Shown: positions 32,801-47,800 of the stretch, one piece after another | Position numbering within the stretch: position 1 is the stretch's first letter | Layout of the letters: every line of letters starts with the position of its first letter | Assembly (NCBI GenBank): GCA_032718475.1 | Contig: JAUCBJ010007696.1 | Span: forward strand, 62,001-126,000 | Source of the DNA: Nemertoderma westbladi | Taxonomy: Eukaryota; Animalia; Xenacoelomorpha | DNA length: 64,000 bases | Direction: 5' to 3' | The notes under the pieces: generated by a model | Seen by the model: the letters and a program-made list of their open reading frames with translations, nothing else | The model's database searches: none | What the model was told of the DNA's origin: nothing | Translations under genes and position numbers: made by a program

Positions 32801-35800
32801 TCCCGCTCTAATAGAGTAAACTGAACATTAATCTGATTGGTTTATTTATTCCAGTCCCCTACACTCCCGCTCTAATAGAGTAAACTGAACATTAATCTGA
32901 TTGGTTTATTTATTCCAGTCCCCTACACTCCCGCTCTAATAGAGTAAACTGAACATTAATCTGATTGGTTTATTTATTCCAGTCACAGTCCCCTACACTC
33001 CCGCTCTAATAGAGTAAACTGAACATTAATCTGATTGGTTTATTTATTCCAGTCACAGTCCCCTACACTCCCGTTCTAATAGAGTAAACTGAACATTAAT
33101 CTGATTGGTTTATTTATTCCAGTCACAGTCCCCTACACTCCCGTTCTAATAGAGTAAACTGAACATTAATCTGATTGGTTTATTTATTCCAGTCACAGTC
33201 CCCTACACTCCCGTTCTAATAGAGTAAACTGAACATTAATCTGATTGGTTTATTTATTCCAGTCCCAGTCCCCTACACTCCCGTTCTAATAGAGTAAACT
33301 GAACATTAATCTGATTGGTTTATTTATTCCAGTCACCTACACTCCCGCTCTAATAGAGTAAACTGAACATTAATCTGATTGGTTTATTTATTCCAGTCCC
33401 CTACACTCCCGTTCTAATAGAGTAAACTGAACATTAATCTGATTGGTTTATTTATTCCAGTCACAGTCCCATACACTCCCGTTCTAATAGAGTAAACTGA
33501 ACATTAATCTGATTGGTTTATTTATTCCAGTCACAGTCCCCTACACTCCCGTTCTAATAGAGTAAACTGAACATTAATCTGATAGGTTTATTTATTCCAG
33601 TCACAGTCCCCTAAACTCCCGTTCTAATAGAGTAAACTGAACATTAATCTGATTGGTTTATTTATTCCAGTCACAGTCCCCTACACTCCCGTTCTAATAG
33701 AGTAAACTGAACATTAATCTGATTGGTTTATTTATTCCAGTCCCCTACACTCCCGCTCTAATAGAGTAAACAGAACATTAATCTGATTGGTTTATTTATT
33801 CCAGTCCCCTACACTCCCGCTCTAATAGAGTAAACTGAACATTAATCTGATTGGTTTATTTATTCCAGTCACAGTCCCCTACACTCCCGTTCTAATAGAG
33901 TAAACTGAACATTAATCTGATTGGTTTATTTATTCCAGTCACAGTCCCCTACACTCCCGTTCTAATAGAGTAAACTGAACATTAATCTGATTGGTTTATT
34001 TATTCCAGTCACAGTCCCATACACTCCCGTTCTAATAGAGTAAACTGAACATTAATCTGATTGGTTTATTTATTCCAGTCCCCTACACTCCCGCTCTAAT
34101 AGAGTAAACAGAACATTAATCTGATTGGTTTATTTATTCCAGTCCCCTACACTCCCGCTCTAATAGAGTAAACTGAACATTAATCTGATTGGTTTATTTA
34201 TTCCAGTCACAGTCCCCTACACTCCCGTTCTAATAGAGTAAACTGAACATTAATCTGATTGGTTTATTTATTCCAGTCACAGTCCCCTACACTCCCGTTC
34301 TAACAGAGTAAACTGAACATTAATCTGATTGGTTTATTTATTCCAGTCACAGTCCCCTACACTCCCGCTCTAATAGAGTAAACTGAACATTAATCTGATT
34401 GGTTTATTTATTCCAGTCCCCTACACTCCCGTTCTAATAGAGTAAACTGAACATTAATCTGATTGGTTTATTTATTCCAGTCCCCTACACTCCCGTTCTA
34501 ACAGAGTAAACTGAACATTAATCTGATTGGTTTATTTATTCCAGTCACAGTCCCCTACACTCCCGTTGTAATAGAGTAAACTGAACATTAATCTGATTGG
34601 TTTATTTATTCCAGTCACAGTCCCCTACACTCCCGTTCTAATAGAGTAAACTGAACATTAATCTGATTGGTTTATTTATTCCAGTCACAGTCCCCTACAC
34701 TCCCGTTCTAATAGAGTAAACTGAACATTAATCTGATTGGTTTATTTATTCCAGTCACAGTCCCATACACTCCCGTTCTAATAGAGTAAACTGAACATTA
34801 ATCTGATTAGTTTATTTATTCCAGTCCCCTACACTCCCGCTCTAATAGAGTAAACTGAACATTAATCTGATTGGTTTATTTATTCCAGTCACAGTCCCCT
34901 ACACTCCCGTTCTAATAGAGTAAACTGAACATTAATCTGATTGGTTTATTTATTCCAGTCACAGTCCCATACACTCCCGTTCTAATAGAGTAAACTGAAC
35001 ATTAATCTGATTGGTTTATTTATTCCAGTCCCCTACACTCCCGCTCTAATAGAGTAAACAGAACATTAATCTGATAGGTTTATTTATTCCAGTCACAGTC
35101 CCCTACACTCCCGCTCTAATAGAGTAAACTGAACATTAATCTGATTGGTTTATTTATTCCAGTCCCCTACACTCCCGCTCTAATAGAGTAAACTGAACAT
35201 TAATCTGATTGGTTTATTTATTCCAGTCACAGTCCCCTACACTCCCGTTCTAATAGAGTAAACTGAACATTAATCTGATTGGTTTATTTATTCCAGTCAC
35301 AGTCCCCTACACTCCCGTTCTAATAGAGTAAACTGAACATTAATCTGATTGGTTTATTTATTCCAGTCACAGTCCCCTACACTCCCGTTCTAATAGAGTA
35401 AACTGAACATTAATCTGATTGGTTTATTTATTCCAGTCCCAGTCCCCTACACTCCCGTTCTAATAGAGTAAACTGAACATTAATCTGATTGGTTTATTTA
35501 TTCCAGTCACCTACACTCCCGCTCTAATAGAGTAAACTGAACATTAATCTGATTGGTTTATTTATTCCAGTCCCCTACACTCCCGTTCTAATAGAGTAAA
35601 CTGAACATTAATCTGATTGGTTTATTTATTCCAGTCACAGTCCCATACACTCCCGTTCTAATAGAGTAAACTGAACATTAATCTGATTGGTTTATTTATT
35701 CCAGTCACAGTCCCCTACACTCCCGTTCTAATAGAGTAAACTGAACATTAATCTGATAGGTTTATTTATTCCAGTCACAGTCCCCTAAACTCCCGTTCTA

Positions 35801-38800
35801 ATAGAGTAAACTGAACATTAATCTGATTGGTTTATTTATTCCAGTCACAGTCCCCTACACTCCCGTTCTAATAGAGTAAACTGAACATTAATCTGATTGG
35901 TTTATTTATTCCAGTCCCCTACACTCCCGCTCTAATAGAGTAAACAGAACATTAATCTGATTGGTTTATTTATTCCAGTCCCCTACACTCCCGCTCTAAT
36001 AGAGTAAACTGAACATTAATCTGATTGGTTTATTTATTCCAGTCACAGTCCCCTACACTCCCGTTCTAATAGAGTAAACTGAACATTTATCTGATTGGTT
36101 TATTTATTCCAGTCACAGTCCCCTACACTCCCGTTCTAATAGAGTAAACTGAACATTAATCTGATTGGTTTATTTATTCCAGTCCCCTACACTCCCGTTC
36201 TAATAGAGTAAACTGAACATTAATCTGATTGGTTTATTTATTCCAGTCACAGTCCCCTACACTCCCGTTCTAATAGAGTAAACTGAACATTAATCTGATT
36301 GGTTTATTTATTCCAGTCACAGTCCCCTACACTCCCGTTCTAACAGAATAAACTGAACATTAATCTGATTGGTTTATTTATTCCAGTCACAGTCCCCTAC
36401 ACTCCCGCTCTAATAGAGTAAACTGAACATTAATCTGATTGGTTTATTTATTCCAGTCCTCTACACTCCCGTTCTAATAGAGTAAACTGAACATTAATCT
36501 GATTGGTTTATTTATTCCAGTCACCTACACTCCCGTTCTAATAGAGTAAACTGAACATTAATCTGATAGGTTTATTTATTCCAGTCACAGTCCCCTACAC
36601 TCCCGTTCTAACAGAGTAAACTGAACATTAATCTGATTGGTTTATTTATTCCAGTCACAGTCCCCTACACTCCCGTTCTAACAGAGTAAACTGAACATTA
36701 ATCTGATTGGTTTATTTATTCCAGTCACAGTCCCCTACACTCCCGCTCTAATAGAGTAAACTGAACATTAATCTGATTGGTTTATTTATTCCAGTCCTCT
36801 ACACTCCCGTTCTAATAGAGTAAACTGAACATTAATCTGATTGGTTTATTTATTCCAGTCACCTACACTCCCGTTCTAATAGAGTAAACTGAACATTAAT
36901 CTGATAGGTTTATTTATTCCAGTCACAGTCCCCTACACTCCCGTTCTAACAGAATAAACTGAACATTAATCTGATTGGTTTATTTATTCCAGTCACAGTC
37001 CCCTACACTCCCGCTCTAATAGAGTAAACTGAACATTAATCTGATTGGTTTATTTATTCCAGTCCTCTACACTCCCGTTCTAATAGAGTAAACTGAACAT
37101 TAATCTGATTGGTTTATTTATTCCAGTCACCTACACTCCCGTTCTAATAGAGTAAACTGAACATTAATCTGATAGGTTTATTTATTCCAGTCACAGTCCC
37201 CTACACTCCCGTTCTAACAGAGTAAACTGAACATTAATCTGATTGGTTTATTTATTCCTGTCACAGTCCCCTACACTCCCGCTCTAATAGAGTAAACTGA
37301 ACATTAATCTGATTGGTTTATTTATTCCAGTCCTCTACACTCCCGTTCTAATAGAGTAAACTGAACATTAATCTGATTGGTTTATTTATTCCAGTCACCT
37401 ACACTCCCGTTCTAATAGAGTAAACTGAACATTAATCTGATAGGTTTATTTATTCCAGTCACAGTCCCCTACACTCCCGTTCTAATAGAGTAAACTGAAC
37501 ATTAATCTGATTGGTTTATTTATTCCAGTCACCTACACTCCCGTTCTAATAGAGTAAACTGAACATTAATCTGATAGGTTTATTTATTCCAGTCACAGTC
37601 TCCTACACTCCCGTTCTAATAGAGTAAACTGAACATTAATCTGATTGGTTTATTTATTCCAGTCACAGTCCCCTACACTCCCGTTCTAATAGAGTAAACT
37701 GAACATTAATCTGATTGGTTTATTTATTCCAGTCACAGTCCCCTACACTCCCGTTCTAATAGAGTAAACTGAACATTAATCTGATTGGTTTATTTATTCC
37801 AGTCACAGTCCCCTACACTCCCGTTCTAATAGAGTAAACTGAACATTAATCTGATTGGTTTATTTATTCCAGTCACAGTCCCATACACTCCCGTTCTAAT
37901 AGAGTAAACTGAACATTAATCTGATTGGTTTATTTATTCCAGTCACAGTCCCCTACACTCCCGCTCTAATAGAGTAAACTGAACATTAATCTGATTGGTT
38001 TATTTATTCCAGTCACAGTCCCCTACACTCCCGTTCTAATAGAGTAAACTGAACATTAATCTGATTGGTTTATTTATTCCAGTCACAGTCCCATACACTC
38101 CCGTTCTAATAGAGTAAACTGAACATTAATCTGATTGGTTTATTTATTCCAGTCCCCTACACTCCCGCTCTAATAGAGTAAACAGAACATTAATCTGATT
38201 GGTTTATTTATTCCAGTCCCCTACACTCCCGCTCTAATAGAGTAAACTGAACATTAATCTGATTGGTTTATTTATTCCAGTCACAGTCCCCTACACTCCC
38301 GTTCTAATAGAGTAAACTGAACATTAATCTGATTGGTTTATTTATTCCAGTCACAGTCCCCTACACTCCCGTTCTAATAGAGTAAACTGAACATTAATCT
38401 GATTGGTTTATTTATTCCAGTCACAGTCCCCTACACTCCCGTTCTAATAGAGTAAACTGAACATTAATCTGATTGGTTTATTTATTCCAGTCACAGTCCC
38501 ATACACTCCCGTTCTAATAGAGTAAACTGAACATTAATCTGATTGGTTTATTTATTCCAGTCCCCTACACTCCCGCTCTAATAGAGTAAACAGAACATTA
38601 ATCTGATTGGTTTATTTATTCCAGTCCCCTACACTCCCGCTCTAATAGAGTAAACTGAACATTAATCTGATTGGTTTATTTATTCCAGTCACAGTCCCCT
38701 ACACTCCCGTTCTAATAGAGTAAACTGAACATTAATCTGATTGGTTTATTTATTCCAGTCACAGTCCCCTACACTCCCGTTCTAATAGAGTAAACTGAAC

Positions 38801-41800
38801 ATTAATCTGATTGGTTTATTTATTCCAGTCCCCTACACTCCCGCTCTAATAGAGTAAACTGAACATTAATCTGAATGGTTTATTTATTCCAGTCACAGTC
38901 CCATACACTCCCGTTCTAATAGAGTAAACTGAACATTAATCTGATTGGTTTATTTATTCCAGTCCCCTACACTCCCGCTCTAATAGAGTAAACTGAACAT
39001 TAATCTGATTGGTTTATTTATTCCAGTCACCTACACTCCCGCTCTAATAGAGTAAACTGAACATTAATCTGATTGGTTTATTTATTCCAGTCACAGTCCC
39101 CTACACTCCCGTTCTAATAGAGTAAACTGAACATTAATCTGATTGGTTTATTTATTCCAGTCACAGTTCCCTATACACTCCCGCTCTAATAGAGTAAACT
39201 GAACATTAATCTGGTTGGTTTATTTATTCCAGTCCCCTACACTCCCGTTCTAATAGAGTAAACTGAACATTAATCTGATTGGTTTATTTATTCCAGTCCC
39301 ATACACTCCCGCTCTAATAGAGTAAACTGAACATTAATCTGATAGGTTTATTTATTCCAGTCCCCTACACTCCCGCTCTAATAGAGTAAACTGAACATTA
39401 ATCTGATTGGTTTATTTATTCCAGTCACAGTCCCCTACACTCCCGTTCTAATAGAGTAAACTGAACATTAATCTGATTGGTTTATTTATTCCAGTCCCAT
39501 ACACTCCCGCTCTAATAGAGTAAACTGAACATTAATCTGATTGGTTTATTTATTCCAGTCACAGTCCCCTACACTCCCGTTCTAATAGAGTAAACTGAAC
39601 ATTAATCTGATTGGTTTATTTATTCCAGTCCCCTACACTCCCGTTCTAATAGAGTAAACTGAACATTAATCTGATAGGTTTATTTATTCCAGTCACAGTT
39701 CCCTACACTCCCGCTCTAATAGAGCAAACTGAACATTAATCTGATAGGTTTATTTATTCCAGTCACCTACACTCCCGTTCTAATAGAGTAAACTGAACAT
39801 TAATCTGATAGGTTTATTTATTCCAGTCCCCTACACTCCCGTTCTAATAGAGTAAACTGAACATTAATCTGATAGGTTTATTTATTCCAGTCACAGTCCC
39901 CTACACTCCCGCTCTAATAGAGTAAACTGAACATTAATCTGATTGGTTTATTTATTCCAGTCCCCTACACTCCCGCTCTAATAGAGTAAACTGAACATTA
40001 ATCTGATTGGTTTATTTATTCCAGTCACAGTCCCCTACACTCCCGTTCTAATAGAGTAAACTGAACATTAATCTGATTGGTTTATTTATTCCAGTCACAG
40101 TCCCCTACACTCCCGTTCTAATAGAGTAAACTGAACATTAATCTGATTGGTTTATTTATTCCAGTCCCCTACACTCCCGCTCTAATAGAGTAAACTGAAC
40201 ATTAATCTGATTGGTTTATTTATTCCAGTCACAGTCCCCTACACTCCCGTTCTAATAGAGTAAACTGAACATTAATCTGATTGGTTTATTTATTCCAGTC
40301 ACAGTCCCCTACACTCCCGTTCTAATAGAGTAAACTGAACATTAATCTGATTGGTTTATTTATTCCAGTCCCCTACACTCCCGCTCTAATAGAGTAAACT
40401 GAACATTAATCTGATTGGTTTATTTATTCCAGTCACAGTCCCCTACACTCCCGTTCTAATAGAGTAAACTGAACATTAATCTGATTGGTTTATTTATTCC
40501 AGTCCCCTACACTCCCGTTCTAATAGAGTAAACTGAACATTAATCTGATTGGTTTATTTATTCCAGTCCCCTACACTCCCGTTCTAATAGAGTAAACTGA
40601 ACATTAATCTGATTGGTTTATTTATTCCAGTCCCCTACACTCCCGTTCTAATAGAGTAAACTGAACATTAATCTGATTGGTTTATTTATTCCAGTCCCCT
40701 ACACTCCCGCTCTAATAGAGTAAACTGAACATTAATCTGATTGGTTTATTTATTCCAGTCACAGTCCCCTACACTCCCGTTCTAATAGAGTAAACTGAAC
40801 ATTAATCTGATTGGTTTATTTATTCCAGTCACAGTCCCCTACACTCCCGCTCTAATAGAGTAAACTGAACATTAATCTGATTGGTTTATTTATTCCAGTC
40901 CCCTACACTCCCGTTCTAATAGAGTAAACTGAACATTAATCTGATTGGTTTATTTATTCCAGTCACAGTTCCCTACACTCCCGCTCCAATAGAGCAAACT
41001 GAACATTAATCTGATTGGTTTATTTATTCCAGTCACCTACACTCCCGTTGTAATAGAGTAAACTGAACATTAATCTGATTGGTTTATTTATTCCAGTCAC
41101 AGTTCCCTCACTCCCGCTCCAATAGAGCAAACTGAACATTAATCTGATTGGTTTATTTATTCCAGTCACCTACACTCCCGTTGTAATAGAGTAAACTGAA
41201 CATTAATCTGATTGGTTTATTTATTCCAGTCACAGTCCCCTACACTCCCGTTCTAATAGAGCAAACTGAACATTAATCTGATTGGTTTATTTATTCCAGT
41301 CACCTACACTCCCGCTCTAATAGAGTAAACTGAACATTAATCTGATTGGTTTATTTATTCCAGTCACAGTCCCCTACACTTCCGTTCTAATAGAGTAAAC
41401 TGAACATTAATCTGATTGGTTTATTTATTCCAGTCCCCTACACTCCCGTTGTAATAGAGTAAACTGAACATTAATCTGATAGGTTTATTTATTCCAGTCA
41501 CAGTCCCCTACACTCCCGCTCTAATAGAGTAAACTGAACATTAATCTGATTGGTTTATTTATTCCAGTCCCCTACACTCCCGTTCTAATAGAGTAAACTG
41601 AACATTAATCTGAATGGTTTATTTATTCCAGTCACAGTCCCCTACACTCCCGCTCTAATAGAGTAAACTGAACATTAATCTGATTGGTTTATTTATTCCA
41701 GTCCCCTACACTCCCGTTCTAATAGAGTAAACTGAACATTAATCTGATAGGTTTATTTATTCCAGTCACAGTCCCCTACACTCCCGCTCTAATAGAGCAA

Positions 41801-44800
41801 ACTGAACATTAATCTGATAGGTTTATTTATTCCAGTCACCTACACTCCCGTTGTAATAGAGTAAACTGAACATTAATCTGATTGGTTTATTTATTCCAGT
41901 CACAGTTCCCTACACTCCCGTTCTAATAGAGTAAACTGAACATTAATCTGATAGGTTTATATATTCCAGTCATAGTCCCCTACACTCCCGCTCTAATAGA
42001 GTAAACTGAACATTAATCTGATTGGTTTATTTATTCCAGTCCCCTATACTCCCGTTCTAATAGAGTAAACTGAACATTAATCTGATAGGTTTATTTATTC
42101 CAGTCACAGTCCCCTACACTCCCGTTCTAATAGAGTAAACTGAACATTAATCTGATAGGTTTATTTATTCCAGTCCCCTACACTCCCGCTCTAATAGAGT
42201 AAACTGAACATTAATATGATAGGTTTATTTATTCCAGTCACAGTCCCCTACACTCCCGTTCTAATAGAGTAAACTGAACATTAATCTGATTGGTTTATTT
42301 ATTCCAGTCCCCTACACTCCCGTTCTAATAGAGTAAACTGAACATTAATCTGATAGGTTTATTTATTCCAGTCACAGTCCCCTACACTCCCGTTCTAATA
42401 GAGTAAACTGAACATTAATCTGATTGGTTTATTTATTCCAGTCCCCTACACTCCCGCTCTAATAGAGTAAACTGAACATTAATCTGATTGGTTTATTTAT
42501 TCCAGTCCCCTACACTCCCGTTCTAATAGAGTAAACTGAACATTAATCTGATTGGGTTTATTTATTCCAGTCCCCTACACTCCCGTTCTAATAGAGTAAA
42601 CTGAACATTAATCTGATTGGTTTATTTATTCCAGTCACAGTCCCCTACACTCCCGTTCTAATAGAGTAAACTGAACATTAATCTGATTGGTTTATTTATT
42701 CCAGTCCCCTACACTCCCGCTCTAATAGAGTAAACTGAACATTAATCTGATTGGTTTATTTATTCCAGTCCCCTACACTCCCGCTCTAATAGAGTAAACT
42801 GAACATTAATCTGATTGGTTTATTTATTCCAGTCCCCTACACTCCCGGTCTAATAGAGTAAACTGAACATTAATCTGATTGGTTTATTTATTCCAGTCCC
42901 CTACACTCCCGTTCTAATAGAGTAAACTGAACATTAATCTGATTGGTTTATTTATTCCAGTCCCAGTCCCCTACACTCCCGCTCTAATAGAGTAAACTGA
43001 ACATTAATCTGATTGGTTTATTTATTCCAGTCCCCTACACTCCCGGTCTAATAGAGTAAACTGAACATTAATCTGATTGGTTTATTTATTCCAGTCCCCT
43101 ACACTCCCGTTCTAATAGAGTAAACTGAACATTAATCTGATTGGTTTATTTATTCCAGTCCCCTACACTCCCGCTCTAATAGAGTAAACTGAACATTAAT
43201 CTGATTGGTTTATTTATTCCAGTCACAGTCCCCTACACTCCCGTTCTAATAGAGTAAACTGAACATTAATCTGATTGGTTTATTTATTCCAGTCCCCTAC
43301 ACTCCCGCTCTAATAGAGTAAACTGAACATTAATCTGATTGGTTTATTTATTCCAGTCACAGTCCCCTACACTCCCGCTCTAATAGAGTAAACTGAACAT
43401 TAATCTGATTGGTTTATTTATTCCAGTCCCCTACACTCCCGTTCTAATAGAGTAAACTGAACATTAATCTGATTGGTTTATTTATTCCAGTCCCCTACAC
43501 TCCCGTTCTAATAGAGTAAACTGAACATTAATCTGATTGGTTTATTTATTCCAGTCCCCTACACTCCCGTTCTAATAGAGTAAACTGAACATTAATCTGA
43601 TTGGTTTATTTATTCCAGTCCCCTACACTCCCGCTCTAATAGAGTAAACTGAACATTAATCTGATTGGTTTATTTATTCCAGTCCCCTACACTCCCGTTC
43701 TAATAGAGTAAACTGAACATTAATCTGATTGGTTTATTTATTCCAGTCCCCTACACTCCCGTTCTAATAGAGTAAACTGAACATTAATCTGATTGGTTTA
43801 TTTATTCCAGTCCCCTACACTCCCGCTCTAATAGAGTAAATTGAACATTAATCTGATTGGTTTATTTATTCCAGTCCCCTACACTCCCGTTCTAATAGAG
43901 TAAACCGAACATTAATCTGATAGGTTTATTTATTCCAGTCACAGTCCCCTACACTCCCGTTCTAATAGAGTAAACTGAACATTAATCTGATAGGTTTATT
44001 TATTCCAGTCACAGTCCCCTACACTCCCGCTCTAATAGAGCAAACTGAACATTAATCTGATTGGTTTATTTATTCCAGTCCCCTACACTCCCGCTCTAAT
44101 AGAGTAAACTGAACATTAATCTGATTGGTTTATTTATTCCAGTCCCCTACACTCCCGCTCTAATAGAGCAAACTGAACATTAATCTGATTGGTTTATTTA
44201 TTCCAGTCCCCTACACTCCCGCTCTAATAGAGTAAACTGAACATTAATCTGATTGGTTTATTTATTCCAGTCACAGTCCCCTACACTCCCGCTCTAATAG
44301 AGTAAACTGAACATTAATCTGATTGGTTTATTTATTCCAGTCCCCTACACTCCCGTTCTAATAGAGTAAACTGAACATTAATCTGATTGGTTTATTTATT
44401 CCAGTCACAGTTCCCTACACTCCCGCTCTAATAGAGCAAACTGAACATTAATCTGATTGGTTTATTTATTCCAGTCACCTACACTCCCGCTCTAATAGAG
44501 TAAACTGAACATTAATCTGATTGGTTTATTTATTCCAGTCACAGTCCCCTACACTCCCGCTCTAATAGAGTAAACTGAACATTAATCTGATAGGTTTATT
44601 TATTCCAGTCCCCTACACTCCCGTTCTAATAGAGTAAACTGAACATTAATCTGATAGGTTTATTTATTCCAGTCCCCTACACTCCCGTTCTAATAGAGTA
44701 AACTGAACATTAATCTGATAGGTTTATTTATTCCAGTCACAGTCCCCTACACTCCCGCTCTAATAGAGCAAACTGAACATTAATCTGATAGGTTTATTTA

Positions 44801-47800
44801 TTCCAGTCCCCTACACTCCCGCTCTAATAGAGCAAACTGAACATTAATCTGATTGGTTTATTTATTCCAGTCCCCTACACTCCCGTTCTAATAGAGTAAA
44901 CTGAACATTAATCTGATTGGTTTATTTATTCCAGTCCCCTACACTCCCACTCTAATAGAGTAAACTGAACATTAATCTGATTGGTTTATTTATTCCAGTT
45001 CCCTACACTCCCGTTCTAATAGAGTAAACTGAACATTAATCTGATAGGTTTATTTATTCCAGTCACAGTCCCCTACACTCCCGTTCTAATAGAGTAAACT
45101 GAACATTAATATGATTGGTTTATTTATTCCAGTCACAGTCCCCTACACTCCCGTTCTAATAGAGTAAACTGAACATTAATATGATTGGTTTATTTATTCC
45201 AGTCACAGTCCCCTACACTCCCGCTCTAATAGAGTAAACTGAACATTAATCTGATTGGTTTATTTATTCCAGTCCCCTACACTCCCGTTCTAATAGAGTA
45301 AACTGAACATTAATCTGATAGGTTTATTTATTCCAGTCACAGTCCCCTACACTCCCGTTCTAATAGAGTAAACTGAACATTAATCTGATTGGTTTATTTA
45401 TTCCAGTCCCCTACACTCCCGTTCTAATAGAGTAAACTGAACATTAATCTGATTGGTTTATTTATTCCAGTCCCCTACACTCCCGTTGTAATAGAGTAAA
45501 CTGAACATTAATCTGATTGGTTTATTTATTCCAGTCACAGTCCCCTACACTCCCGCTCTAATAGAGTAAACTGAACATTAATCTGATTGGTTTATTTATT
45601 CCAGTCCCCTACACTCCCGTTCTAATAGAGTAAACTGAACATTAATCTGATAGGTTTATTTATTCCAGTCACAGTCCCCTACACTCCCGTTCTAATAGAG
45701 TAAACTGAACATTAATCTGATTGGTTTATTTATTCCAGTCACAGTCCCCTACACTCCCGTTCTAATAGAGTAAACTGAACATTAATATGATTGGTTTATT
45801 TATTCCAGTCACAGTCCCCTACACTCCCGCTCTAATAGAGTAAACTGAACATTAATCTGATTGGTTTATTTATTCCAGTCCCCTACACTCCCGTTCTAAT
45901 AGAGTAAACTGAACATTAATCTGATAGGTTTATTTATTCCAGTCACAGTCCCCTACACTCCCGTTCTAATAGAGTAAACTGAACATTAATCTGATTGGTT
46001 TATTTATTCCAGTCCCCTACACTCCCGTTCTAATAGAGTAAACTGAACATTAATCTGATTGGTTTATTTATTCCAGTCACAGTCCCCTACACTCCCGTTC
46101 TAATAGAGTAAACTGAACATTAATCTGATTGGTTTATTTATTCCAGTCACAGTCCCCTACACTCCCGTTCTAATAGAGTAAACTGAACATTAATCTGATT
46201 GGTTTATTTATTCCAGTCCCCTACACTCCCGTTGTAATAGAGTAAACTGAACATTAATCTGATTGGTTTATTTATTCCAGTCACAGTCCCCTACACTCCC
46301 GCTCTAATAGAGTAAACTGAACATTAATCTGATTGGTTTATTTATTCCAGTCACAGTCCCCTACACTCCCGCTCTAATAGAGTAAACTGAACATTAATCT
46401 GATTGGTTTATTTATTCCAGTCCCCTACACTCCCGTTCTAATAGAGTAAACTGAACATTAATCTGATTGGTTTATTTATTCCAGTCACAGTCCCCTACAC
46501 TCCCGTTCTAATAGAGTAAACTGAACATTAATCTGATAGGTTTATTTATTCCAGTCCCCTACACTCCCGCTCTAATAGAGTAAACTGAACATTAATATGA
46601 TAGGTTTATTTATTCCAGTCACAGTCCCCTACACTCCCGTTCTAATAGAGTAAACTGAACATTAATCTGATAGGTTTATTTATTCCAGTCCCCTACACTC
46701 CCGTTCTAATAGCGTAAACTGAACATTAATCTGATTGGTTTATTTATTCCAGTCACAGTCCCCTACACTCCCGTTCTAATAGAGTAAACTGAACATTAAT
46801 CTGATTGGTTTATTTATTCCAGTCCCCTACACTCCCGCTCTAATAGAGTAAACTGAACATTAATCTGATTGGTTTATTTATTCCAGTCACAGTCCCCTAC
46901 ACTCCCGCTCTAATAGAGTAAACTGAACATTAATCTGATTGGTTTATTTATTCCAGTCCCCTACACTCCTGTTCTAATAGAGTAAACTGAACATTAATCT
47001 GATTGGTTTATTTATTCCAGTCCCCTACACTCCCGTTCTAATAGAGTAAACTGAACATTAATCTGATTGGTTTATTTATTCCAGTCCCCTACACTCCCGT
47101 TCTAATAGCGTAAACTGAACATTAATCTGATAGGTTTATTTATTCCAGTCCCCTACACTCCCGCTCTAATAGAGTAAACTGAACATTAATCTGATTGGTT
47201 TATTTATTCCAGTCACAGTTCCCTACACTCCCGGTCTAATAGAGTAAACTGAACATTAATCTGATTGGTTTATTTATTCCAGTCACAGTCCCCTACACTC
47301 CCGTTCTAATAGAGTAAACTGAACATTAATCTGATAGGTTTATTTATTCTAGTCCCCTACACTCCCGTTCTAATAGAGTAAACTGAACATTAATCTGATT
47401 GGTTTATTTATTCCAGTCACAGTCCCATACACTCCCGTTCTAATAGAGTAAACTGAACATTAATCTGATTGGTTTATTTATTCCAGTCACAGTCCCCTAC
47501 ACTCCCGTTCTAATAGAGTAAACTGAACATTAATCTGATAGGTTTATTTATTCTAGTCCCCTACACTCCCGTTCTAATAGAGTAAACTGAACATTAATCT
47601 GATTGGTTTATTTATTCCAGTCACAGTCCCCTGCACTCCCGTTCTAATAGAGTAAACTGAACATTAATCTGATTGGTTTATTTATTCCAGTCACAGTCCC
47701 CTACACTCCCGTTCTAATAGAGTAAACTGAACATTAATCTGATAGGTTTATTTATTCTAGTCCCCTACACTCCCGTTCTAATAGAGTAAACTGAACATTA